A stretch of 64,000 bases of DNA, taken from Verrucomicrobiota bacterium. Its GTDB lineage: Bacteria; Chlamydiota; Chlamydiia; Chlamydiales; JAEYWL01. The DNA is taken from NCBI GenBank assembly GCA_023428915.1, contig JAEYWL010000046.1:3-64002 (forward strand), read 5' to 3'. Positions 17,997 to 28,700 of the stretch are shown here, piece by piece; positions within the stretch are counted from its first letter, which is position 1, and every line of letters begins with the position of its first letter. The notes under the pieces are model-generated. The model worked only from the letters and a program-made list of their open reading frames with translations, searched no databases and was not told the DNA's origin. The translations under genes and the position numbers were made by a program.

Positions 17997-18698
17997 CTAG
18001 GCTCGTATAGGAATTTTCTGCTCCCACTCTTTAATAAACTCTAACAGCTTCAATTTGCTAGGTTTGCCCAATAAAAAATTAATAGCTTCCGGTTTGCTTG
18101 AAAGGTGGGCGATTTTTGCTAAAAGGTGCAAATGCTGCTTTTCATTGCAGGCAAAGAGGAAGAAAAGGGTATGTACCGGCACATCGTCTAAAGCCCCGTA
18201 AGAAATAGGAGTTTCTGGAAACGCCACAGCTACCATATTTTGGTGGCTATTAATGAGGTAATCGCGCGTGTGAGGCACTCCTATGCCAAAATTAAGGGCA
18301 GTCGGCGCCAGTTTTTCCCTTTCTAAAAGAAGCTCCGTCAGGTGGTCTGCGTCTAGATTCTTGCCTTGAGCTAAAGCCTTCATGCTGGTGCGGATCACTT
18401 CTTCTTTAGTGCTGCCTGAAACCTTGTAAAAGACTCCTCCTAGATTGATAGAGCGGTAGAGGCTGAATTGCTTGCTGCCGCCTGTAGCAGGCGGCTCTTG
18501 CTTGTCTTCCTCGTCGCTTTCCTCCTCTCCCTGTTTATTCAGGCGATTTTTCATCACCCATTCTTCGATTTCTTGAGGATTGAAACGGTATTGTTGATTT
18601 AACTTATAGGCAGGAATTTTGCCATCTGCCAACCAGCGGCGAATAGTTTTTTCAGATACATTCAACAATTCGGCAAGGTCTTTTATTTTTAAGTCCAT
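17997..18698 (-). CDS. ptsN: PTS EIIA(Ntr)-like protein with N-terminal excisionase/MerR-type HTH
   Basis: N-terminus MDLKIKDLAELLNVSEKTIRRWLADGKIPAYK is an HTH. The C-terminal EIIA-like domain carries GIGVPHTRD. This architecture is known in Chlamydia as ptsN_1. Confidence 0.8.
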   Translation of the reverse strand: MDLKIKDLAELLNVSEKTIRRWLADGKIPAYKLNQQYRFNPQEIEEWVMKNRLNKQGEEESDEEDKQEPPATGGSKQFSLYRSINLGGVFYKVSGSTKEEVIRTSMKALAQGKNLDADHLTELLLEREKLAPTALNFGIGVPHTRDYLINSHQNMVAVAFPETPISYGALDDVPVHTLFFLFACNEKQHLHLLAKIAHLSSKPEAINFLLGKPSKLKLLEFIKEWEQKIPIRA

Positions 18699-18713
18699 GG
18701 CAGCTACCTCAAG

Positions 18714-19163
18714 CTAAAAATCTTTAAGGAGAGTTATTACCTCTTCTGGAGAACGGGTTGAAAGAATTTTTTTTCGACGCTCTTCATCTTTTATCGCCAC
18801 AGTAAGAGCAGAGAGAATTTGTAAATACTCTGTTTGCTTATCATCGGGCCCGCCGATAAGAAGCACAAGTCTTACAGGGGCTCCGTCAAGGGCTTTCCAA
18901 TCAACTCCCTTGTCTAAAATGCCAATGGCAATAAAGAAATCATCATACCCGGCAAGTTTGGCGTGGGGAATAGCCACACCCATTCCAATGCCTGTTGTTA
19001 CAATTTTTTCCCGTTCATTGATCGCATTTTTGAAAATACGGGCATTGGGTATTTTTCCAGCCTTTTCCAAAAGAGCAACTAAAGCGTCAATGACCTCATT
19101 GTGCGTACGGACATTGAGAAAGGCTATCTGCTCAGGCAGTAAGTATTTAAATATTTTTACCAT
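18714..19163 (-). CDS. ptsN: PTS EIIA(Ntr)-type nitrogen regulatory protein
   Basis: 149 aa with the active-site His context GIGMGVAIPHAK. Confidence 0.8.
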   Translation of the reverse strand: MVKIFKYLLPEQIAFLNVRTHNEVIDALVALLEKAGKIPNARIFKNAINEREKIVTTGIGMGVAIPHAKLAGYDDFFIAIGILDKGVDWKALDGAPVRLVLLIGGPDDKQTEYLQILSALTVAIKDEERRKKILSTRSPEEVITLLKDF

Positions 19164-19188
19164 GTCCCCAAACGCAAGGGTTTATAAG

Positions 19189-19641
19189 TTAGTGGAAACC
19201 CGTGTGCCCAAAACCTCCAGCTCCCCTGGTTGTTTCTTCGAGCGATTCACATAGCTCAAAAGCGGCGGGGGTTACTTGTGCGACTACAAGTTGAGCAATG
19301 CGCATGCCGGATGTAATTTCAAAGGTTTGTTTACCGTGGTTGATGATAATAACGCCGAGCTCTCCGCGATAATCGGCATCTATAGTTCCCGGAGTGTTCA
19401 ATACAGTGATCTGGTGCTTTAAGGCTAAGCCGCTGCGCGGCCTGACCTGAATCTCATAACCTTCCGGAATGGCGAAGCGCAAGCCTGTTGGAACTAAGAC
19501 GCTGCAGCCCGGTTCAAGGAAAATTGATTCAGTAATATGCGCTTTGACATCAGCTCCGGAAGCGCCTAAAGAAGAATATTTCGGCAGTTTTTCGCTATCT
19601 TCTGCTATGGTGGGTATGATTAAAACTTCAGTTTTTTTCAT
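19189..19641 (-). CDS. dut: dUTP diphosphatase
   Basis: Motifs [27 protein letters not shown] and GGFGHTG. Confidence 0.93.
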   Translation of the reverse strand: MKKTEVLIIPTIAEDSEKLPKYSSLGASGADVKAHITESIFLEPGCSVLVPTGLRFAIPEGYEIQVRPRSGLALKHQITVLNTPGTIDADYRGELGVIIINHGKQTFEITSGMRIAQLVVAQVTPAAFELCESLEETTRGAGGFGHTGFH

Positions 19642-19730
19642 AGGTATGCTTACTAAGAATTTGAAAAAATTTGTAGTTTAAGGTTTGCTAGCTAGGCAAT
19701 TAGTTAATGTGTAGCAATCTAGGCCTTAGT

Positions 19731-20681
19731 TTAATTTCCGTCAAATGAAGTTTTTCCTTTGCTCCGTTTTTTTCCAACGCCGTTTTCTTCTTTAGCGGCA
19801 TCGCCGTTTTCTAAAGTCCACTCTGGATCAAAGGAGCGGTTGTTGTTCATCAAAAACTGCAGCAGAAGACTGAGCTTGTTTTTTAGTTCAGGCCGTTTAA
19901 TGATGCAATCAATCATGCCATGTTTGAGCAAAAACTCTGACTCTTGGGCTCCGGGAGGCAGCTGATGGCCTATGGTCTGCTCAATCACGCGCGGACCGGC
20001 AAAGCCAATTAAGGCATCCGGCTCAGCTACAATGATATCTCCTAGAGAGGCAAACGAAGCTGTAATGCCGCCTAAAGTAGGATTGGTGAGGACGGAAATA
20101 TAAGGAAGACCTTTTTGCTGCAGGCGTGCTAAGGCGCTGGAAGTTTTGGCCATTTGCATTAGAGAAAAAATCGATTCCTGCATGCGCGCTCCGCCTGATG
20201 CGGTGACAATGATTACAGGCAGGTTGCTGTGCAGCGCATATTCAATCAGTAGTGTTAAGCGTTCGCCGACCACAGATCCCATTGAGCCGCCCATAAAATT
20301 GAAGTCCATGACGCCCAGGGCTGCAGGTATTTGATTAATGGTGCAAGTGCCGGTAATGACCGCCTCATTGCGTCCTGATTTTTCGCGTGCGCGCACCAAC
20401 CGCTCTTGATAAGATTCCGTGTCCGAAAATTGGAGCGGATCTTCGGGTTCAATATCGCCGGATATTTCTTCGAAGCTGCCTTCATCCGCCAGGCTGCGCA
20501 CACGTTCTTCAGCAGAAAGGCGGTAATGGTAATCGCATTTGGGGCAGCAGTTGGCATTCCGTTCTAGTTCGTTGGTGTGGATAAGTTCATTGCAATGGGT
20601 GCACTTTAACCAGCCGCTGAAGCCGTCTTTTTTAGTGGTTTGCACTTTGATTTTGGGTTTGTCCCGCGAGAATAATCCCAT
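19731..20681 (-). CDS. accD: Acetyl-CoA carboxylase carboxyltransferase beta subunit
   Basis: N-terminal Zn ribbon CTHCNELI...CCPKCDYHYR. Carboxyltransferase core GGSMGSVVGE ... SGGARMQE. Confidence 0.93.
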   Translation of the reverse strand: MGLFSRDKPKIKVQTTKKDGFSGWLKCTHCNELIHTNELERNANCCPKCDYHYRLSAEERVRSLADEGSFEEISGDIEPEDPLQFSDTESYQERLVRAREKSGRNEAVITGTCTINQIPAALGVMDFNFMGGSMGSVVGERLTLLIEYALHSNLPVIIVTASGGARMQESIFSLMQMAKTSSALARLQQKGLPYISVLTNPTLGGITASFASLGDIIVAEPDALIGFAGPRVIEQTIGHQLPPGAQESEFLLKHGMIDCIIKRPELKNKLSLLLQFLMNNNRSFDPEWTLENGDAAKEENGVGKKRSKGKTSFDGN

Positions 20682-20748
20682 ACGCTCACTTGTTCTATGT
20701 GGTTAATCCAGAAGTATTTTGAATTAAAAGCGAAATATTAGCAAGAAG

Positions 20749-20777
20749 GTTTGGCAGAGGGAAGTCCTCTGCCAAAC
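20749..20777 (-). terminator. Hairpin terminator downstream of sodA
   Basis: 12-bp perfect stem gtttggcagagg/cctctgccaaac with a 5-nt loop, 6 nt after the sodA stop. The minus-strand tail is moderately T-rich. Confidence 0.6.
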
Positions 20778-20782
20778 GCAAT

Positions 20783-21415
20783 TTAGGCTTTAGCGGCTGC
20801 TTTCAGGTTGCAGGCGGCCTCGAAGCGCTCATTTACGTTTTTCCAGTTGACGATGCCCCAAATAGCTTTTAGGTAATCAGCGCGCACATTTTTGTACTGC
20901 AAATAGTAAGCGTGTTCCCATACATCGATGCCGAGCAGCGGAACGGCTATTGTTAATGGATCCTGGTTGGCGCAGGTTGTAATGAATAAGCGCTTCTCTT
21001 TAGTGCAGAAGCCAAGCCAACCCCAGCCTGAGCCTTGGATGGCGCCAGTGGTGGCATTGAAAAGTTCGACAAATTGCTGAAAGCTGCCGTATTGTTTTTG
21101 GATCATTTCAGCCAGTTCGCCTGTCGGCTGTTCGCCGCCGCCTTCGCTTTTAGGTGCCAAATTAGTCCAGAAAATGGAATGGTTGATGTGGCCGCCGCCA
21201 TTAAATTTAATCGCGGATTGCAGGGCAATTTCTTTGGTCAAGTCGCAAAGATCATTTTTTTGAAGCTTTTCCAACTCTTCCTTGGCAGCATTTAGATTAT
21301 TTACATAAGCCTGATGGTGCTTATTGTAGTGCAGGTTCATAATTTCTGCGCTAATGACCGGTTCTAGTGCATCCAATGCATATGGCAGCTTAGGGAGTTG
21401 ATATTTTTGCGGCAT
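20783..21415 (-). CDS. sodA: Fe/Mn superoxide dismutase
   Basis: [32 protein letters not shown] and [13 protein letters not shown]. Confidence 0.95.
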   Translation of the reverse strand: MPQKYQLPKLPYALDALEPVISAEIMNLHYNKHHQAYVNNLNAAKEELEKLQKNDLCDLTKEIALQSAIKFNGGGHINHSIFWTNLAPKSEGGGEQPTGELAEMIQKQYGSFQQFVELFNATTGAIQGSGWGWLGFCTKEKRLFITTCANQDPLTIAVPLLGIDVWEHAYYLQYKNVRADYLKAIWGIVNWKNVNERFEAACNLKAAAKA

Positions 21416-21601
21416 ACTGCTCTCCTTATAGAGTAAAGTTTCATTAGCAATAACTTAGCATTATGCCCATTTTAATTGAAAGATGTGATAATATCGCGAA
21501 AAGCGACATGAATCTCTATTAGACTTCCCTCTCTTCTTCCAAAATATCCCAATTTAAATCATAGCTTGCGCTAAGATTTAGGGGCGCAACTTGGGTTTAA
21601 A

Positions 21602-22174
21602 TTAAGCAAGAAGCCTGTCTAAGAAATACTTATGGAGAACAGTTTCACCTAATAGTTCTGGATGGAAGGAACAGGCGAGATGGCGGCCCTGCTGAACGGC
21701 GACCGGCTCATCCTTATAGGAAGCCAGGATTTTTACTTCAGGGGCTGTTGCGCGAATTTTAGGCGCTCTGATGAATATGCCTTTCATAGTGCGGGGCCTT
21801 TTTTCTAGAAAGAGATCAACTTCTCCTATGAAGGATTCGATCTGCCGGCCGTAAGCATTCCGTTCGACTTGCAGATCAAGTAAGCCTAAAGGCTGCATGG
21901 GGTAATTCAGCACTTCTTTGGACATTAAGATTAAACCCGCGCAGGTTCCGAATAGGGGGTGCCGGGCGGCAAACTCCAGCAGTCCTTTTTTTAAGTTATT
22001 CGCCTCTATTTGCCTGAGCATAGTTGTGGACTCGCCGCCGGGAATGATGAGCCCGCTGCAGCGATTTAGATCAGCTGATGTGCGCACTTCGATAGCATGC
22101 GCTTTTAAAGTTTGCAGAGTGTGCATATGTTTGGCAAAGTCGCCCTGCAGGGCAAGTACGCCTATTGAAACCAT
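21602..22174 (-). CDS. pdxT: Pyridoxal 5-phosphate synthase glutaminase subunit PdxT
   Basis: GVLALQGDF, GGESTT and the FHPE tail. I prefer the ATG at 22174, which lies 1 nt after the pdxS stop, over the track start at 22207. Confidence 0.88.
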   Translation of the reverse strand: MVSIGVLALQGDFAKHMHTLQTLKAHAIEVRTSADLNRCSGLIIPGGESTTMLRQIEANNLKKGLLEFAARHPLFGTCAGLILMSKEVLNYPMQPLGLLDLQVERNAYGRQIESFIGEVDLFLEKRPRTMKGIFIRAPKIRATAPEVKILASYKDEPVAVQQGRHLACSFHPELLGETVLHKYFLDRLLA

Positions 22175-22175
22175 T

Positions 22176-23084
22176 TTACCAGCCGCGTTGCGAAAGATGT
22201 TCATCACGAGGCAAAAGATGGATATCCAGGCCTTTCATGGCATCCTGAAGACCTAAAGAGATTTTGGCTAAGACTTCAGGGTCATTGTAGTAAGTAACAG
22301 CTGCAACAATAGCTTTAGCGCGTGATGGAGGGTCTTCGGATTTAAAAATACCTGAGCCCACAAATACACTTTCAGCTCCCAATTGCATGAGCAGGGCAGC
22401 ATCTGCAGGTGTGGCTACACCGCCGGCTGCAAAATTAGGCACAGGCAAGCGTCCGAGTTTGGCTACCAGCTGTACTAAATGATAGGGTGCATTCAAGCGT
22501 TTTGCTTCACCCATTAATTGCGACTTTTCCAGGCTGGCTAGTAATTTAATTTCTCGGTTTACGGCGCGGATGTGCCTTACGGCCTCAACAATATTTCCTG
22601 AGCCGGCTTCCCCTTTTGTACGGATCATGGCAGCCCCTTCAGCTATTCTGCGCAAGGCTTCCCCCAAGTCTTTACAGCCGCATACAAAAGGAATGGTAAA
22701 TTTTTGCTTGTCGATATGATTTTCTTCGTCGGCAGGGGTCAAGACTTCGCTTTCATCTATAAAATCGACAAACAGGGCTTCTAAAATTTGCGCTTCGACA
22801 AAATGGCCAATGCGGCATTTAGCCATGACAGGGATGGAAACTGCCTCTTGAATCTTCTGAATGATTTCAGGGTTTGCCATGCGGGCCACTCCGCCTTCTG
22901 CACGGATATCTGCAGGAATCTTTTCCAAGGCCATGACAGCGGCTGCACCGGCATCTTCAGCTATTTTTGCCTGTTCTGGCGTGGTGACGTCCATGATGAC
23001 ACCGCCCTTAAGCATTTCCGCTAAGCCGACTTTTACTTCAAAAGACCCTTTTTCCGTGATGATTTCATCTCTGTCTTTAGCCAT
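22176..23084 (-). CDS. pdxS: Pyridoxal 5-phosphate synthase lyase subunit PdxS
   Basis: [42 protein letters not shown] and FVGSGIFKS. Confidence 0.95.
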   Translation of the reverse strand: MAKDRDEIITEKGSFEVKVGLAEMLKGGVIMDVTTPEQAKIAEDAGAAAVMALEKIPADIRAEGGVARMANPEIIQKIQEAVSIPVMAKCRIGHFVEAQILEALFVDFIDESEVLTPADEENHIDKQKFTIPFVCGCKDLGEALRRIAEGAAMIRTKGEAGSGNIVEAVRHIRAVNREIKLLASLEKSQLMGEAKRLNAPYHLVQLVAKLGRLPVPNFAAGGVATPADAALLMQLGAESVFVGSGIFKSEDPPSRAKAIVAAVTYYNDPEVLAKISLGLQDAMKGLDIHLLPRDEHLSQRGW

Positions 23085-23122
23085 TGCCTACTCCTGCAAA
23101 ATAAATAAGCTATATCAAGATT

Positions 23123-23875
23123 TTATAAATTAGAAAAGGGATTACCTGCTTGATTAAAGAGATTGCCTTGCTTACGCCTCTTTAGTTCAGCGCGGATTGA
23201 GTAAGTAAGGTCTTGATCAAAGTCCTTATGCGCAGCCCAGCGCAGATATTCCAATGGAATATCTTTAAAGGGGCGCCCTTTATGTTTGCCGAGCGGCATG
23301 GCTTTCATGAGAATTGGCCTAGAAAGCACTTCTTGCATATCCTTGAGAGATTTGTAACGCTTTGATAAGAAGCGGAAAACGTCGATATTGACAATTACAT
23401 CGCTCATAGCCCTATGAGCGCCTTCATCTTCGATATTAAAGTGCTGGCGCAAATGCTCCAAAGAGTTTACAGGGCTTTCACCATACAAGCGCGCTAAACG
23501 CAGGGTGTCTAATGTGGCGTTTCTTTTGATGTCGGCAGGTATGTTAGCTCGCTGCGCCGCTGAAACAATCATATCAATATCATAGCCAATGCCGTGCCCT
23601 ACTATCACATGCCTATCGATCATGCGCAATATTGCCGGAAGGATATCGGCCATTTTAGGTTTGCCCTTGACCATATCTTCAGTTATATGGTGAATGGCGA
23701 TAGATGTTTCAGAAATGGGGCATTCGGGATCGATTAGGGATTCAAACTGTTCTAGGATCTCTGTGGAATTGAAAGTGGCAACAGCAATTTCGCAAATGCG
23801 GTCATTATTCGGATCCAGGCCTGTAAATTCACAGTCCAGGCATACGAATATTTCGTTTTCTAAGTTTTTTTTCAT
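23123..23875 (-). CDS. DnaQ/epsilon-like 3-5 exonuclease with C-terminal DUF3820-like domain
   Basis: Exo motifs VCLDCEFTGLD, GHGIGYDIDM and HRAMSDV. C-terminal segment LGKHKGRPFKDIPLEYLRWA. Confidence 0.8.
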   Translation of the reverse strand: MKKNLENEIFVCLDCEFTGLDPNNDRICEIAVATFNSTEILEQFESLIDPECPISETSIAIHHITEDMVKGKPKMADILPAILRMIDRHVIVGHGIGYDIDMIVSAAQRANIPADIKRNATLDTLRLARLYGESPVNSLEHLRQHFNIEDEGAHRAMSDVIVNIDVFRFLSKRYKSLKDMQEVLSRPILMKAMPLGKHKGRPFKDIPLEYLRWAAHKDFDQDLTYSIRAELKRRKQGNLFNQAGNPFSNL

Positions 23876-24484
23876 CTATACTACTTTTTTAAGGAGGCCA
23901 ATAAGCTGCTGTCGGCCGATGTTTTTAGTTGAAGAGTAGAGGAGGCTCTCGTTGGGATCCAGTCCCAGCTGCATATTGATTTTTTGGCAATTGCGCTGGC
24001 TTTCCTGCTTAGAGACTTTGTCCACTTTTGTTAAAATAAGCTGCACCGGCTTTTGGTAATATTGCGCCCAGTTTAAAAGCTGCAGGTCTTCTTCGTTTGG
24101 CTCGCGGCGGATATCAAATAGCAATAATAATAAATGCAGCGTGGTGCGCTGGCTCAAGTAATTTTCGATCATAGGGCCCCATTCGCTGCGGATTTCAGTA
24201 GATACTTTGGCGTAGCCATAGCCGGGTAAATCGCAAAAGGCCAATAAGTCGTCGACAGTAAAAAAATTCAAGAGTTGGGTTTTACCGGGTGTTGAGGAGG
24301 TTTTAGCCATTCCTTTGACATTGAACAAATTGTTGATCAGGCTGGACTTGCCCACATTTGAACGGCCGGCCACGGCAACTTCAGGCAGCAATACGCCAGA
24401 ACTGTCATAAAGCTTAGGGTAGTCCTTTTGCTTTACAGCTGATTTTATGAATTTAGGCTGTTTGAACAACAATTTTTTTATCAT
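23876..24484 (-). CDS. engB: Ribosome biogenesis GTPase EngB/YihA
   Basis: G1 GRSNVGKSSLIN, G3 DLPGYGYA, G4 TKVDK. Confidence 0.9.
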   Translation of the reverse strand: MIKKLLFKQPKFIKSAVKQKDYPKLYDSSGVLLPEVAVAGRSNVGKSSLINNLFNVKGMAKTSSTPGKTQLLNFFTVDDLLAFCDLPGYGYAKVSTEIRSEWGPMIENYLSQRTTLHLLLLLFDIRREPNEEDLQLLNWAQYYQKPVQLILTKVDKVSKQESQRNCQKINMQLGLDPNESLLYSSTKNIGRQQLIGLLKKVV

Positions 24485-24492
24485 GACAACAC

Positions 24493-24948
24493 TTAGGTTT
24501 TAAATTCTACCCTAATGAGCCGGCTATCTTCCCCGCAATGGCTTATTGAGATTTCATAATGGGGGGTTGGTATAATGGCTTCTATTCGTTCAGACCATTC
24601 TATGCAGCAAATTCCATTGCTAAACAGGTATTCTTCAAAGCCCATAGCAAGAAACTCGTCCACCTCTCCTAGTCTATATAAATCAAAATGGTAGAGAGTT
24701 TTAGTGCCTTGGTAAATGTTTAAGTAATTAAAAGTAGGGCTGTTTACCTGTTCTTCAGGGATGTTTGCGGCTCCTGCAGCCAGGCCTTTAATAAAGGTAG
24801 TTTTTCCTGCTGCCAGATCGCCCTTAAAACAGATAATGGAGCCGCTTTTAACTTCTTGTCCTATTAAATAGGCGAGTTGCTTAGATTCTTCAGGCGAGTA
24901 AGTAGTATATTGTCTTATCACTGATCCTGTTCGTCTAGTTCGATCCAC
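24493..24948 (-). CDS. tsaE: tRNA t6A biosynthesis ATPase TsaE
   Basis: 151 aa. P-loop GDLAAGKTTFIKG, then YHFDLYRL. Confidence 0.85.
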   Translation of the reverse strand: MDRTRRTGSVIRQYTTYSPEESKQLAYLIGQEVKSGSIICFKGDLAAGKTTFIKGLAAGAANIPEEQVNSPTFNYLNIYQGTKTLYHFDLYRLGEVDEFLAMGFEEYLFSNGICCIEWSERIEAIIPTPHYEISISHCGEDSRLIRVEFKT

Positions 24949-25661
24949 TGTTCCACGTAGGGAATAAATACTTCAAACTCGGCTAAAGCCTCTACAAATG
25001 AGGAAATCTTATCTTCAGCCAATTGATTCTGAATAAAAGCTAAAAATTCCTCTTCGATTTGAAATCTGTTTTGATTTTGCACTTCGACCAAGGAAATCTC
25101 TTTTAAGTAATTCTTTTTAAAGTCGTCAATGACAGCCTGCTTACTGTTAAAAAGCTTGCCGCTGAGAGCTGATGAGTAAACTACTTTTGTGACCGGTTCT
25201 TTTTTAGGCTTATTTTCGTAATAACTTTTGATCACTTCAGGATCTTCAGAAACGTAAAAACGCTTTACGCGGAGTCCGCCGATTCTTTCAGTGTTCTCGG
25301 GACATTTAGATACCCAGTCATAAATAGCGTCTTGTGGATTGGGATGGGTGTTGTCGCCAAACACTTTACCCGTAAAAGGGCAAATGTAGATTTTCTTAGT
25401 CTGGTCATTTACGCTGAGATTGCTGAAACCGATTTTAATTTCTGTTTCGCGCCATAGCCGGTTTTCTTTTTCCAGCTGTCTGGTGGCATGCTCTTCGTTT
25501 TGATGGATCACTTTATCGGGCATGAGGATAACCGGCTCCAGCTTGAACTTCAGTTCAATAAACCGCAAATAAGTATTGATCAGTTCTGCATGTTTATTTT
25601 GCTGTAAAAATTCTTCAAGAGCGTGTTTTTGCTCATCATTTATGACAATTTTTGCCATCAA
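24918..25661 (-). CDS. Conserved hypothetical protein (247 aa)
   Basis: Long ORF co-oriented with and overlapping tsaE by 31 nt. No motif recognised. Confidence 0.5.
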   Translation of the reverse strand: MMAKIVINDEQKHALEEFLQQNKHAELINTYLRFIELKFKLEPVILMPDKVIHQNEEHATRQLEKENRLWRETEIKIGFSNLSVNDQTKKIYICPFTGKVFGDNTHPNPQDAIYDWVSKCPENTERIGGLRVKRFYVSEDPEVIKSYYENKPKKEPVTKVVYSSALSGKLFNSKQAVIDDFKKNYLKEISLVEVQNQNRFQIEEEFLAFIQNQLAEDKISSFVEALAEFEVFIPYVEQWIELDEQDQ

Positions 25662-25760
25662 AACCTCTTAAGGTTAAGGAATTCCTGTCCAGACATTATT
25701 TAACTGGGGCTAGTATAGCTTATAACTCATTGCTGCTCAAGAGATTTTTTAGAGGAGGGG

Positions 25761-28700
25761 TTAGGCTGCGTGAATATTGTTTTTTGGTATTGGGGGAGAA
25801 AGTTCCAAGTTTTCTTGGGCTATTTTTCTGCTTCTCGCATGTTTTAGTATTTCGGATATCGTTATTTGCTGGTCTGGTGGAGTGTGGCGGGTCAAATTAT
25901 TTAAAGGAATCAGTTTTGCTAACCCGCTTTCCGCCTGGGAAGGATTGCCGCCGATACGGCGTGCCAGGTAATATCGCGTTCCTTCTTTATCGAAGAGCGT
26001 TTCTTCAAGCTGTATTTCCAGGTTGAGCTGTTCTTTTGCTTTGGCAATTGCAGCTTGGGCAAGGGTTTCCCCTTTTTTAGTGGATCTTTCTGGAATTTGA
26101 GTGGATTTTACTTCAGATACCCATACGCGATTATCAGCTTCCAGGATTAATACAGCAGCTTGATGTATTTGCGGGGGAATGGGAGGTTCTATAAAGGGCG
26201 GCGCAAGCTCATCTGCCGCAGGGGGATTGCCTTCGCGCAAGGGGATGCCATGCAAGGTAATTTGCGAGCAGTCAAAGGCTTTGATAAAGGTAATTTCTGC
26301 CTCTGGGTCATTAATTTGAGATTCAAGTTCGGCTTTACGGGCAGCTTCAGCCTGTACAAGCGTGTTGCGATAATTGATGAGATAGTCCATGCGTTTGCAA
26401 ATCAGGTCTTTTTTTGCTTCAGGCCAAGGCAAAGCAGCTAGTTCATCGTAGTGCTCGGCAATCTCATTAATCTGCAGGATAATTTCATGATTTGAGATAT
26501 TCCCATATATTTTTGCCGCTTGAGGATGACTTATCGGATTGCGATAATGTTCAAGTTCAGATACTTCTGCCGTTGTAAACTGTAGATTTTTAGAATTATC
26601 AATGCGCCAAATCGTTCCAGCATTACTGATAATTACACCCTCCGGATTTGACATGCAAGAATTAGCAAGAAGACAGTCGAGTACAAAAAAAGACCTAAGT
26701 TCTCGCACAGGGAGATTGGTATTTTGCTTTATTAGTTGTTCTAAGGTATTTCCAAAGATATTTTGTAGTAATAAACGGGTGGGGAGAGGGGAGTTCTTTA
26801 CTTTAGGTAAAGAGCGGTCTCCATAAGAGACTTCTAAATCAGGCTCAGCATTAGCTATTGGTAAAGCGATGGGTATGCGGTGTGTGAGCATTTTTATGAT
26901 ATTTTCGAACATAGGTTTTATTTCTAAATAAAAATTCGCCAACTTTGAAAAGTTTTCTTTAGGCATAAGATCGTGAGTGGAAATTTGCTGGTATTTTTTA
27001 GCTTCTGGAACATGCCCGCCAAGTAGCCTGTATGCGTTATGTACTGTGAGCAACTGATCGATTTCTCCTTCATTCTCATAAGAATTAATGACAAAAAGCT
27101 CCCGATGGGTGCCTGCTACTTTTTTAGTTTTATATGAATGGATAATGGTAAGATTATCTAAATTTTCCGGAAAAATCGGTCCATTGCCAGGAAGAGGGGG
27201 TTCTAAATTCCAATGCTTTTCATGTAAAGTGGTGCTTACATAGATAAACTGGTCAATAGGGATAGAAAAAATCAACTCTTGTCCATCTACAGTTTCAATT
27301 AAACCTTCTTCCCGTAATACTTTAATCAAAGTGTTTTTCTCTATATTGTTATTAACTACAATGCTTGAAATGTATTCGCGAGGAATGCGATTTTTAACCA
27401 TAAACTCATTCATGGATCTTTCAAGCCTCAAGTCTGCAGAAGGGTTCAGTGCTAAAATGTTCACAAGTTCTTCTGCTCCCCGACGCCGTTTATATGAAGC
27501 TGCTGACTTAGTGCCAAACGTATCTTGTAAATAGCCATAGCCTCCCCGCTCGAGAATCTCGGGCTTATAGCAAATTGAAATGTCGCCATAATATGAGCTA
27601 GTGTGACACCATTGCGCTAACTGACTATGGGTAGCTAAACGGGTAAATACACAATCGCCGCCCCCGGATGAAAGATCTTCAACAGGAGAAGCTCCTGAAG
27701 TAACCCAGCCTCGTTCCAATCGGTCCTGTGTTGAAAGAGCCCCGTACTTTAGGATTTTTGCAATGGTCTTGCAATTTTGCAGAATACTATTTGTACCAAC
27801 ATGCTGATAAAGACCGACAACTCCTCTTTCACGCAATCGATCTGCCGCTCCATGTATAGCCCATACCGATTTTCCAGGATAAATTTCTTGCCTGTACATA
27901 AGCTCAGGGTGCGAATCAAAATAATAGTGAATTTTTTCAGTTAACCAGGGAGCTTCGATAAGAATAGCAGCTTTCAAGAGTTCCAGAGGAAGGTTAAAAA
28001 ACTTTGGGTCGTGGCTTAAACGGTATTCCATAGGAGGATCAAAATGGCGGATTAGTTGCAATAAGCGCATTTTTTCACGATCTTCATCTCTTTGTTCAGA
28101 AAGTAAAGGAGCCATTCCTAGAGCTGCTAGTAATGTTTGCATAGTTTTTGCAGCTTCATTTTCCGCTATATGTGGATCTAAAATTACTTGAACGCGGTTA
28201 TATTGACTGAGCACTTGCTGCAGTTCAGAAGGGGGTGCGGCTCCAATAATCACTCGACCTATGCCGCGGAAAACTATCTCATTTGCATAACCGCAATTAA
28301 AGAAACAGGTTTCACCATTCTCCTGATAAGAATAACCATCAGAAACCATCTTTATTTCAATACCCTCATGAAATTGGGCAAATGCATTAGCCAGGCTGTG
28401 AGGGGCTTGCCATAGTGCTTGGAGGGTGTGTTCGATTTCCCGTCTAGCTGGATGTGTTACTTTGAATGTGGCCGCCAGGATGCTTCCCTGTGCAGACTCC
28501 CTTCTGGTCATACATAGGGAGCCATTTTTTAAAATACCAGTATCTAAGTCCTGAATGTGCAGGCCGGCGCGTTGTTCTTCTGGTGTTAAAGTATTTAACT
28601 GCCCAATAAGATTTGCTATTCGGGGAGATGGAGGAATATGTGCGGCTAATGCCCTTGCCTGGCTGGCAGCCGTAATATCCCCTTTCTGCACATATAATTG

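Noticed and set aside
17832-18044. 70-aa ORF downstream of giant gene 2
   Set aside because: It runs straight through MITE-like copy 3 and into the 3-prime end of the ptsN-HTH gene on the opposite strand, so it is a repeat-derived frame.
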